Part shown: piece by piece, positions 35,001 through 46,700 of the stretch
Position numbering within the stretch: the first letter of the stretch is position 1
Layout: every line of letters begins with the position of its first letter
Assembly: GCA_964187785.1 (NCBI GenBank)
Contig: OZ076409.1
Location: 24,738,001 to 24,802,000, forward strand
Direction of reading: 5' to 3'
Source of the DNA: Amphiscolops sp. MND2022
Lineage: Eukaryota
DNA: 64,000 nt
The notes under the pieces: generated by a model
The model's database searches: none
Told to the model about the DNA's origin: nothing
The model's input: the letters and a program-made list of their open reading frames with translations, nothing else
Translations under genes and position numbers: made by a program

Positions 35001-37676
35001 TCTATCGGAAAATTATGGCAAATGATGGTTTGCTGAAGGGCAGTAAATTTTTTATCAAACCCAAATTGTTATGGCGGGACAGATTGATTGAGAAATCTTT
35101 GCTAGACATCAGATACAAGTTAATACAGCATGGATTGTCGAAAACATTTTTCAAAATTCGTGACCTGAAATTATTCTACAATGGCGAGGAAGAGGCAACG
35201 GCATTACCTCTTGATCAACTGGTTTCCTCTTTGACAATGTCTGAAGCAAGGGCCTACCTACGGTGACTACCTCAAAAATTCTGTCTCTTAAACATCAATA
35301 GCTTTACCCATCTATCCAAACGTTCAACATTGCTCGATTATGCTATCAAAGAGGACATTAGTCTCCTATTTCTATCGGAAACTTGGCTAAACGACTCTTT
35401 TGATAACCGAGTACTCTCTCTCTCTCTTCGGCATTTTTGAAGTAATCTCTCGCACTGACAGAAACTGTGGTATTCGAGGAGGAGTACTGATATCAATGAG
35501 ACGCGACACAAATATGAACCTGAGAGTTATTCCTTCTGACTTTGACTTTGTCTGCTCAGTTATTTGGCTCCTACCTGAAATAGCTGTTTTATTCCTACTC
35601 GTTTATCTGCCTCCTAAAGGCAGTCCCTATGTAATAAATCCAGCGTCACTAAATCGGCCTATAATGGAAGCTAAAACAGCAGCATCTGGGCTTGTAGATC
35701 CTCAAACAAACATTGTCACTTGCCTGCCTGAAGATTTTAACCTCCCAAAGACTCAATGGTCGTTAATGTCCAGCAACTGCTTACATAAAACGCCATATCT
35801 AAATATCTTCATTGGTCTTGATTTATACCCCATCAATTATCAAGCAACTCACAAAGCTGGAAATGTCCTAGATAACACTCTGACCACTGATAATTTTTCT
35901 CAATTAGAAGTTACTATTGACTATAATCTTCGGATCAATGATCACTTCCCATTACTTTTCCAGTGCTTTCGGGATAACTCTGCCCATCATGCTGATCCTG
36001 TCTAGTGTGCCTTTTCTTTTAGGCCGAAGAACTCAATTTGTTCATTATTTCGTGGTCTTCTTTAGCTTCGAGAATAGTCCCTCCAATAACAACACAAATC
36101 AGTTTTATGCTCCTCTGTCAATGCTTATTCCAAGGATTTTCCGAAAAAAATCCAAGGGAAGACTTCTGAATCCATTCTATTATTCCTCGCACAGTATCCA
36201 TCGTCAAAACAAAATGAACAACCTGAGACGCAAACGTTTGTCTAATCCAGCAAAGAGCCTTGCCTCTTTGCAAACTGCCACTACGGACTTTCAACAATCT
36301 GTTGAGCATGATAAAATTTGTTTCCTTGCTGGGCACAATACAGGCTCAAAAACTGACGCTTTCAACCTCCTAAAATGTCTGCACTTCTCTGATATCCCTC
36401 TTGAAATGTATCACGGTTCTAAAGTGTTGACCAATGACCGGAATATCGCAAACGAGTTCATCTGTTATTTTGCCTCTAACTTCAACCAGCAAGTTTATAA
36501 CTTGAACCCTGATATACTATATTCCGATACCTATTCAGCTGCAATCAGAACTGATGAATCGTTGCAAGATATTTGTGAAGCCAATTTTTTAGACACCATA
36601 TTAGGGACGAAGCGTTCCTCAGCTGTCGTTTTCGATCAGTTTCCTTTGAAGCTCTTACACTTGTGTCCGAGATTTTTTTCCTCTGTTCCGTTTTGTGCCC
36701 CCTATTGTTTCTAAATTTTGTAAACGACATGCCTGCAAATTTTCTCAATGCTTTATGTTGGTTGTACGCTGATGACCTCAAGCTTTTTTCGACAGCCTGA
36801 ATTTTTCTGCTGACCTTACCAGATTAATGAATTAGAATATCTCAAATGGTATGCTGGTAAATGCTTCCAAAACCAAATGCATTTGTTTCAAAGGAATGTT
36901 AATGTCACATTCGAAGACATCCCAATAGACAACGTTATTGCTCACAGCGACATTGGTGTTATTATCAGTCCTACCCTGAAATGGGACCCTCACTTGTCCC
37001 AAAAACTCGCAAAAGCAACCAAGTCTTTCTTCCTTCTAAAACAGATTGTCCCGTGGAATACACCTTCACATGTTAAGTATTCTTTCTATTACAGTCCCGT
37101 TGTATCAGTTCTACTTTACGCCTCACCTTTATGAGCTGCAAGCTTCACAAAATTACAAAAACTTGAACGATTTCAAAAGCGGTCTTTCTATTGGATTTTT
37201 GGTAGAAACATTTCATACGAGCTGCAATTGGTTAAAAACGGGAATTTTCCACTTAGTCTACAAATTGAATTCAACTGTATCTGTCTGCTCCTAGACTTGT
37301 TAAATGGTAAATACAAATTTGATCTTTCTCACCATATTTCTATTCAGGAATCCCAAGGCAGCTCACGGAAACGGGCCTGGAATCCACTCTCAACCCTGGT
37401 CAAGTACCCAAGAAAACAGCCTGAGTCCTTTTTTGTGCGTGCAGTCAGATCGTATAATTACCTTCATCGGCACTGCATCATTGAAAAAAATACGCTCGGA
37501 ACGAAACAGAAAATCATAGCTTATCTTCGGAACACGTCTTTTAATCTTGAAAATAGCTGGTCTTTTTTCATTTGTTGTAACTGTAGTGTATGCAAGGATA
37601 CGGTAAGTATTTGTTAACTTCTCTGTTACGCCAATTTTGGTGCTCCTAAATCGGAGTATTAGGTCTTCTCTTTCTC
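35001..37676 (+). mobile_element. CR1/L2-group LINE, 5'-truncated and internally deleted, inserted in the CRE element
   Basis: ORF1 end, APE motifs (LSETWLND, VYLPP, DFNLP, AGNVLD, DHFPL), RT remnant (LYADDLKLF) and C-terminus (FFVRAVRSYNYL). It splits the CRE frame between LIKQ and LGSLNLPS. Confidence 0.85.
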
Positions 37677-40404
37677 TCTGCTTTATGAGAGAATTGAGAG
37701 TAGCATGACGTGAGAAGCGACCAGCACTCTTGGTGGAAGAAAGACCGTGTAAACCGTCCGGTTCAACTCTGTTACCACAGTGGCGCTTCTCCGCAACACA
37801 AATGTTGGCTCCGAGACGTAAACCAATTGAAAAACGAAGTTGGTGATCATCAAGTTTCAGGCCTAGGTTCTTACAAGGAACAACTCTCAGCCATTGAGAC
37901 CCGAATTTACCTTGTTGAGCGTTGACAACTTTCGAACGTTTGCCATCCATTTTAGAAATCAAATCTTGGGCGGTTTTGACGAAGACAGGTTGTGTCCAAT
38001 TTTTCTACGTTCCATCGAGAGGACTTCTCTGTTCATTCATCAAACTCAATCATTTCTCAAGCGCTTTTGTAAATGAAACCGTCTTCGAATGTTTCCGAGA
38101 AAATCGTCGTGACAAAGTCACTCGAACCAAAAACTAGCCAAAAAGGCGGGAAGTGCTAATAATGATGCGGATGACAGCCCAAGACCACCCATTTCAGCGG
38201 GCAGATCCAGCTGAGTACTCGAAAGTCAGTCACGTACGGTTTTGTCATACTTTTCCAAGAGAGGTGGATGATTAAAACATCTACTAATTCTCGGGAATTA
38301 CAACAACTTTGACAGACTGAAGCAATTTTTCAACATAAAAAAACGATTGTGCGCAGCTAGTTTTTCAACACTTCCATTAAGATTTTCCAGTTCATTGATT
38401 TTCTTTTCCAATAAGTCTGCTTGTGAAGACCAGCGGTGAACCAAGAATGATGAGTTCATCTTTCTTTGGTGTTTTGATCCCGAGGCAAAGTTTTTGGAAA
38501 GATGCTAAAATTGTCGATTGGCGTTTTTCAGTGATGTTCCCAAGGAAAAAAATTCGCATTTCGTGGGTTTAATTTTGAGTCCCAGCGTTTTCTCCGATTC
38601 AACTAATTTTTGAGACCTTTCAAAACGGTTCTGTAATCATCACTTAGATATCCATCGTCAAGGTAACATAAGTTTAGTTTCGACTGCAAACTGTCAATCA
38701 AATCCTGAATGGAATCCGAAAACAAAGCTGGAGACTCAAGATCTCTTTCCTGGGTCGATTCACAAGATTTGATAACTGAATAACCGTAAAAAAGAAAACT
38801 TGGTTGACTGTACGCCCAGTGTGAGTACTTATTAACTTCAGGGTGTATTTCAAAAGTTTTCTCTAGCATGAACTGTCGGTTTATCAAATTGAAAGCGTTT
38901 TCGAAGTCAATTTTCAAATTTACGTTTTCTTTGGGCTTGGGGCTTTCTATCAAACAACGGAAAACATGTGAGGCCAATTCAGCGCCTCTTTTTGTGCCTA
39001 CACCTACTTTTCGACTTCTGTATCTTGCCTGGCGTGATTCGAAGACACGGTATCTGGCACATTTTGCGGATAATTGGCGGAAGGTATTGCCTACAGCGAT
39101 AGGACAAAATCTTCCATCAGGCCTTTTTTAGCGCAACTAGTTTCGCACCAAAGAAGTACGGCCGAAGTTCGAAAGGTACTTTTCCTTCGAGAATTACTTT
39201 CACACGATTTGTTAAGGCTTTGAGAAAATTCAGTCAAGTTTGCCCGTTCGACTTGGCAGTCAAAGTTTTCAAAATTTGGGGCGGAATGCCATCCAACCCT
39301 GCACTAGAGCCATTGGGGAAGGACATGAGAGCCTTTTGAACAAAAAACTCCAAGGTTGAAAAACAATCGATATCTGTGGGGTCCGGAACAGAGCAAGTTT
39401 CCCTTTGCGGATGTTTCAGCTTGAGGGCAGCGTAGTTGTCGACCGTGAAGTATGCAATCTTGTCGTCGCCTACTGCCATTCTGATTCCGGCCTTAACATT
39501 ACCTTCGTCTAATTTAGTGCAAATGGAACGCAGTCGTCGATTCAACTCGCTTTTTTCCTGCGAATTTCTGTCGCGTTTCGGTCTTTTCTTAATGGCACCA
39601 TGTCGAACACGCTGGTTGATAATTGCACTGAGTGATGACCTCGGACGTTTACTTCCTCGAGATGGTTTTTCCAAAAAACAGCTTAGAGAGGAAAGCAATA
39701 AGCACTACAAGGCAATATTTCACGGGTTTTCACAAATATCCTAAACTTTGGGTATCAAATTTTCAGCAAGAGAAACCCGTGAATTGTTAGGAACTCTTTT
39801 CATGTGAACAACGCCTGAGTTAAAAATGGTGTCTGGTATAAAGTTAACATCGTGACACTGAGGGATTGTGTTCACTGAAGCGCATTTACAACATTTACAT
39901 TCGGCAAGGCTCCGGTCCTCCGTTTTTGATAAATTGGCGCATTTTATATGAACCCATCCGTTGCAAAGCCTACAATTTACCCAGTTTATCAACCCTGAGG
40001 GCTTCAGACACATCAGAGCGTTGCAGGTTTTGTTGTTTTTCATCACAACTCAACCTCGAAACCTAACCAATTGCCGGAATACCACATTTGGGTGTGTGCC
40101 CATCTCCCCAAAAAAACAATCACCACAGCAGTGGAGCAATCCGTGTATAAAATAACCTTGAATTGATAAATTGAAATATAAATGGAATTGTCTCACCGGG
40201 TTGTGATGGTTCTTTCAGCCCAAGTGCAGCGACAAACCAACAAACAGCGTCACAGATGTTGTCCAGTCTCAAATTCAAATCATTGCCATCTCTGAAGCTA
40301 TTCAACAAGCCTATCACAACATTTATCACAAAAATCAGTCCAGTTTGCCCGTTCCACTTGGCAGTCAAATCTTTCAAAATTTGAGGCAAAATGCCATCCA
40401 AAAA

Positions 40405-40900
40405 ACGCTAAAAATGCCAATGTTTTCAAAAAATGCTTTAAAAGACGTGTCGTCTATGAAATAACATGTCCAAAATGCAACGCCTGCTATGTCAGACAAA
40501 CTGTCCGGCATTTAACGACCTGACAATGCGAGCATTTGAAGAATTAGTCACCTTTGGGGACTGTACTTTGAAAGTTGTGGGGTGGAAAAGACCATTATGA
40601 CCGCAGAGAGCATCGATAGTTGCCTTGACAGCAATAAACTTTTGACTTTGGAGGTGTTACATATCGCCAGGAGGAGGCAGGCCCTCAACCAGCGCGAGGA
40701 GTACCGCGAGCGACAGCTGACAAAACGACTTTAGTTTGTGTTTAGTTTAGTTTTGGTAGCTACCTATATCGCGCCCAAATTTATTCTTATTTTTTTCCTC
40801 AAATTTTTTCCCTTTTTGATTACATTCCTTACGTTGAACGGTGCTATACTTTTGGAATAATGCTCAAGATGATCCATCTTGGATCGAAAACGTTCCAATC
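40405..40900 (+). mobile_element. Penelope-like element 3' remnant (GIY-YIG endonuclease and downstream UTR)
   Basis: Translates to VVYEITCPKCNACYV.QTVRHL and LLTLEVLHI..LNQREEYRERQLT, typical of the Penelope GIY-YIG C-terminus. Confidence 0.75.
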
Positions 40901-40999
40901 ATCAATTTATTGTCCAACATAGATATTGTTTTTCCCTGTAATTAGTGGTAGTAAATAGTAGAAGTAAAATAGATTTAGTGTTTAAAAACACAAGGGCTA

Positions 41000-42170
41000 C
41001 GTCCCCACAATTATCACGTTCTAGATGTTCGTTTTGCTTCTGCAGGTATTCATTGTGCAATCGCACGCCATTTTACAGGTACACTAGTCAGAATCAGTGA
41101 AGTTGTTGAAATTCTGCCGAAAAAGAGCCAGGAGCTTCTTCTTCAAATTTGTTTAGTCAGTAATATCCAGCCTTAGAAAGTCTGAGGGTCTGCAAGTTTG
41201 GTAGATGAAGTCATTTTCCAGAGTTTTATTCTTTGGTCTATCCTGTTGAATCAGAGAAGCGCGAGAATGAAGATATGATAGGTATTTGAAGCTTTTGTGA
41301 GTCATGGCGTCCACCTAGTATTTTTGATAGTAGCAGTGGGTTATTGGTTTGAATATACATTGGTAGCTTGCTTGATTCGTTTTTCCACAAATCTTGTCCA
41401 TATGTAAATTTCATTCCAAAACGCCGGAAAAATAAAGACCTAGATCAGGCTGAGTAAAGGCAATTTCAATGAGAGCATTCCCAAAAACAATTTTTTTCCA
41501 TGTTGAAAGGCATGTCGTTTGATAAAATCCAATAGAAGATTTTTAGGTCGTCTTGGATAGCTTTTGTGTCTAATCCAACGCACCATCTGCAAAAAATAAG
41601 GGGTATACTTCATTACAAAGGTCGGTTAAGTCATTTATAAAGATAAGGAAAAGAAGGGGGCCTAGAATGCTGCCTTGTGGAACTGCGCCGGTCGCGAGAA
41701 ATTCTTTTGCGAGAGAATCCCCTACACGGACTTGTTGTCGACGTGCAACTACAAAAGATTTAATCACTTGAAAAAGCTTACCTTGGATACCCATAATTGT
41801 TTGTAAAAGTAGTCTTTAGTTAACTTTGTCGAAAGATTTGCTGAAGTCTGTGAAAATAACGTCAATGTCGCTATTTGTCGCAATCCCTCCATATATTTTT
41901 TGGAGAAAAGGTATCAGTTAAGTAACTGTTGATCGGTTTCTCGGAAAGCAAAACTGTGAATGATGTAGAAAACGAGAACAAAAAGTATATAACTTTTTAA
42001 AAATCTAAGGTTTCGAAAACTTTCCCAGGAATCTTTAGCAGTGATACGGGTCGATAGTTAACAACCTGCGACTTGTTTCCTTCTTCGAACAGAGGAACAA
42101 CGACTGCCTTTTTCCACTTGTCCGCGAAGATTCCTCTTTGCATTATTTTCCGATAGATTTGACACAGAGG
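41000..42170 (-). mobile_element. CR1/L2-group LINE RT fragment
   Basis: DFSKSFDK-type motif, GAVPQGSILGPLLFLIFINDL and FFAD motifs; several stops. Confidence 0.85.
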
Positions 42171-42539
42171 GAACTACCGTCAATGTTTTCACCTTTCATA
42201 CTTTGAAATTGTATTTGAATTGGTTAATTTTCTGTACTTGCAACGAAGTTTCAGCCTTGTATGAATGACCAGGTGTTTCCTTAGAACCATTTTTCCTGTC
42301 GTATGACATAGATCAGTTCATTATTCCGAAGCCATGTATGTGATCATGCAGAGTGGGAAGAAGACACATCCGTGGTCTGCAAACAAGGAAACGAAATTGT
42401 GGTTAAGACAGCGTATTCAGAAGGCTAGAAGGAGCGACAAGATAGTACCTGCCTAAAACAATGAGCTGAAATATTTTCATTACACTGAGTGCTACCAGTG
42501 ATTTCCGTTTAAATATACTCTGATGGTACTGATTGATTT

Positions 42540-43145
42540 GAATTAGGTCCGTTCGGTAGAATAACAGTTTGTAGAATTTTTTTTCCGGTTTGTAGAAGGT
42601 GGTCCAGTTTGCAAAACTTTTTTTACAAACTGCATAAACAAATTCTACAAAATGGATCAATAAATTCTACAAACTAGACATCCGTCACACAAGATCCTGG
42701 GAGCTCCATTGCCTAAGATCTACAGGAACAACATCTAAACACTGAAATGTGGGGCATATCCGGTGTATGCACGCTCGCCCTCACCGTCACAAAGACCTGC
42801 TCCCACTACGATCGCTTCGCGATCTCCGTTCCCGCTAGGTCGTTCCTCCTGTTCAACTTCGCTTAGCAAGATGGAAACATAAGCGGCCCCAAGGAGCCGC
42901 GGGGCACTAGCGGGAATGGGGACATGTCCGAGGCACGGTTTATAGTTTGCACCATTCCTACATTATTAGTCTTATTGTTTTTTGTTCAACTCCAGAATTC
43001 TACAAACTGGTAGTCTACAAACTGGACCTAACCAATTTGTAGAAAACCAGTTTGCAGAGTCCAGTTTGTAGGAAAAACATTCTACAAACTGGACCTCACT
43101 TTTCTACAAATTAGGTTCTACTAACAGGTTTTCTACAAACTGGCT
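42540..43145. mobile_element. Foldback/MITE-like element with TTCTACAAAC/GTTTGTAGAA arm repeats around a hairpin cassette
   Basis: Many TTCTACAAA(CTGG) and TTTGTAGAA motifs at 42550-42690 and 42990-43145 flank the cassette at 42746-42944. Confidence 0.55.
42746..42944 (-). repeat. ~195-bp GC-rich hairpin cassette (copy 1 of 6)
   Basis: Reverse complement of the copies at ~51069-51263, 54982-55175, 58869-59060, 61046-61209 (5'-truncated) and 61560-61760. Confidence 0.9.
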
Positions 43146-43724
43146 CCATGCCATTGATTTTACGTGATTCCTAATCAAAACTCTTAGAAACTTCTCTTTT
43201 CTGGTCGTCTATTACATGGCGCAGTCAGCATGAAGAACAAGAAGACATGGATTCTACTATCGAACCCAATGTATCCGATCAGACGGCTACAAATCAAACA
43301 ACAGTCAATGAGAGAATGGAGAAAAAATACAATACTGTTCCTCTCGGACATAGAAACAAATTGTACAAAACTAACCCGAGGATATGGAAGGAGCAAATCT
43401 CAGAGTACATCGACCTCACATACCAAAAAACTTAAATGAGCTGATTGATCTGGGAACAAACTCTCTTGGCGCACCCAAACACATTATTTCAAGGACGATG
43501 TCATTTGGGCACTGGGCCCTAAGGCGAAAGACTGAAAAATAGGAGGCCGATGGAGAAAAGACCTGAAAGCCATCAGTTCACAAGAATTGTAAAAATTCTT
43601 CAAAAAGACGATCCTTCCTGCAAGAAACGTATTTCACAGCAGAGCCTCGTTCCTCAATATCAGACAAAGAAGATAGCAAAACACTGCCTAAAACACTGTG
43701 GCCGACAACTCTGAACTACTCTGA

Positions 43725-46700
43725 CTACTCGAATATGATCTACAACAACCAGGTGTGACCAAACCTTTCATTGATCTCATTATGGGATGTATTGATTCGA
43801 ATGTTGAAGCATCTATGAATCATCTTTACGATAGGACTGAGCAATTCTCGAACAATATGTCAGAGTGCAAATAGGAAAATGCTAAACCTCAAGACCAAGC
43901 GCAGGAAAAAATTAGTCATAATTTTTTTCCAGAAAGATGATACAAGTTTGCAAAAAAAAACGGTATACCCGAGGCCGATGAAGATCATTAACAAATTTGA
44001 AAAACGAAGAAGAAGATGTGGACGGTGTCATCAAAGTACTCAATGAAAATCCATCTATTATCACAATTCGACGGATTGGAAAGTTTGATCCTCTCAAGGA
44101 GCGACCACAATCATTGATTGTGACGCTCAAAAACCCATTGGATGTCAGAAGAATATTAGCAAAGGCACACGAACTCGAAAAGTTTCGATCAAGACGAATA
44201 TCTTTTTAAAAATCACTAACTCATGGGGAAATACAAGTGGAAAGAACTTTGTATATGTATATACCCCACAAAAGTAACAACTATCAACCTCTTTGTTTTA
44301 GTTTGCACTATCTGTCAATCGTATTCATTTACACAAATTCTTTCGCTCTACAACGTTTGTCGTACTATTGTTCGAACTTCAATATTCCCTTCGAAATGGA
44401 AGGAAGCAAAAGTGATTCCAGTCTTCAAGAAAAGTTCGCTGACAAAAGTCGAAAGTTATCGATAATTAGGTTTGTTAAATATTGTTAGCAAAATTTTTGA
44501 AAAGATCATATTCAAGCAATTACTGGACATCTACACACCCCACATGCAGGAACGACAATAGTGTTTCAGAACTGGTAGATCACCAATCTTGAGAATGTTG
44601 ATGACGCTAGGTGAGGTATACTCCAGTATTACCAATGTTGGATGCGTTTCACTCTTCCTACTTGACTTCCAAAAGGCGTTTGATACGACCATTCACGACA
44701 TTCTTATGAACAGAACTACAAAACCTTGACTTTTCTGCTAAGTTGAGATGTATTCCAATATTGAGAATGTTGAATGCATTACACTCTTCTGGTTCGACTT
44801 TCAGAAAGCGTTTGATACAATCAGGCGCGACATTCTTATGAATTGAAAACGAAAAAAAATGAACTTTCTGCCAAATTGTACAAACTCCCTGAATCATGTT
44901 AAAGAAATCGCTACATGAGGGTCCAAATTGATGATGTCTTATCTGAAGCCAGTAAAGTTTAGAAAAGAGTTCCTCAAGGTTCTTTTCTTGGCTTGTTTTT
45001 TTGTGTTTTTTAACGACGACTTGTCAAATGATATTGTATATTTCTCTTCATACTTCTTTGCTGACGACCTTTTTTCACTGTACACAGGATCCAAAAATCC
45101 AGCCAATTGTTTACAGTCTAAGGTCTGCCGATTTTAAACTTGCATGGAGTGGAATATTTCATTTTTGAATGCTATAAAGTGCCAATATCTCATAAATCAA
45201 ATCGTTTTGCACCAGGACTGTAAAACGAGGAAGTAATAAAAGGGATGTATATACGGACAAGGGCTCGTTATAAATCGCAACTTGAATTAGAACAACCAAC
45301 TGGAGACACGCCTATCTAAAGCTCATAAAGTCTATCGAATGGTAAGAAGAAATTCTGCATTGAATACATCAACTCAGTCAAAGCTGCTAGTATACAAATC
45401 CATGATCATTCAATGCCTACTGGACGGTTCAGAATGTTGGTTTCCAAATAAATCAGAACTGTTGAAACTGAAGTATTTTAATTCTAGAGTGACCAGATGG
45501 ATCATATCAAGAGACGACTACAAACAGAGAATATCAACCCCGAGAATTTTACCCATATCATACTCCATCGAGGAATTGTTGATGTTATCAAACATAATTG
45601 ATGGTCGATTTCATGTAGATATGCGAAGAGTTTGCCATTCAAAGCAAAGTCAAAGAAGCGAAATTCAAATTGTTTGCTTCCAAAAGTAATCACCGAAACA
45701 TTTAGACTAAACTTTTGGTATCAAGCACCCTTTAAGGCAAAGTAATTAGCGAAGATTCAACATCAACATTACAGATTCAACATGTATCAAGAACAAATTC
45801 CTTACATTAAAGTAGAAAAAGTGCAACTCAACTGTCAATGAAGATTTATTTGCATTTACAGCTTCAATTGTTTAAGTGACACTTGCAGAAAAACTGAGGC
45901 AAGTTCAACTGAAGGGAGAAACCCCGCCGTCAAACAGACAGAAATCCATCAAATGTATATGACACATAATGTTACATTCATTTATACATATTGATATTGG
46001 AGGGATAGCATTGTGGGAACAATTACATGGATACTTACTAGAAAAACGTGGAAACGTTCTGGTAAAAATCTGTTTCCCAAAATTCACTGAAAACACAATC
46101 GCTGGACCCTTTCAAGTCTCTTCCTACTCACAATGCTAGGGTGCCAGCTACAAAAGGTTTACAGTAATGTCGGTTCAATTGAACTGCGGTAAAACATTAT
46201 CTTGCGAATAACAGATAGTGCAAACCAAAAGAAAGAGGTTGATATTTGTTACTTTTGTTGGGTGATTGTAAAAATATATATATGAATATAGTTTAGATAT
46301 GTATATATACATTTAGATATATACATTAATGATGGAATGTCGTCTGTTTGACCGCGTGACTTCTCGCTTCAGTTGAAATTGCCCACAGTCTTTCTGCAAG
46401 TGTCACATGATCAAATGAAGTTGTAAGTGCAAAAATTAACTTCATTGAAAGTTGAGTTGAATTTGTCCACATTAGGTTAAGTAATTTGTTCTTGATAGTT
46501 GTTGGGTGCTCGATACCAAAAGTTTAGTCGCAAGGTTCCGCTCGTTACTTTTTAGGTACCAATTGAATTCTTCTTCTTTTGCTTTGCTTTGAATGGTGAA
46601 ATCTTTGCACATCAACAACATTTTGACCATCAAAGATGTTTGATAACATCATCAATTCCTTGAGATCGATAAAATAAGAGATGGGTAAAGTTCTCAGTAT

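Larger units (their letters stand above)
28957..40050 (-). mobile_element. CRE-clade (RLE-type) non-LTR retrotransposon, degenerate, host to several nested insertions
   Basis: One reconstructable polyprotein starts at ATG 40043: PHD finger, KRVP..SR motif, FPNGSSAGLDG, RT (KIDFENAFN, YLDDG), LGLKLDDHQLRFSIGLRL, Zn/RLE region RHATLNSLIKQ | LGSLNLPSMLEPRGLYRTDDKRP, FQPVALE, LKQRISMALQIGNAACVLG | VSDRDA. The 3' UTR at ~28957-29140 is shared with the copy at 62730-62911. Confidence 0.85.

Noticed and set aside
40335-40400. Second CRE element upstream of the PHD
   Set aside because: Only ~65 bp duplicates 39230-39290. This is too short to call a separate element, so it is treated as a fragment.
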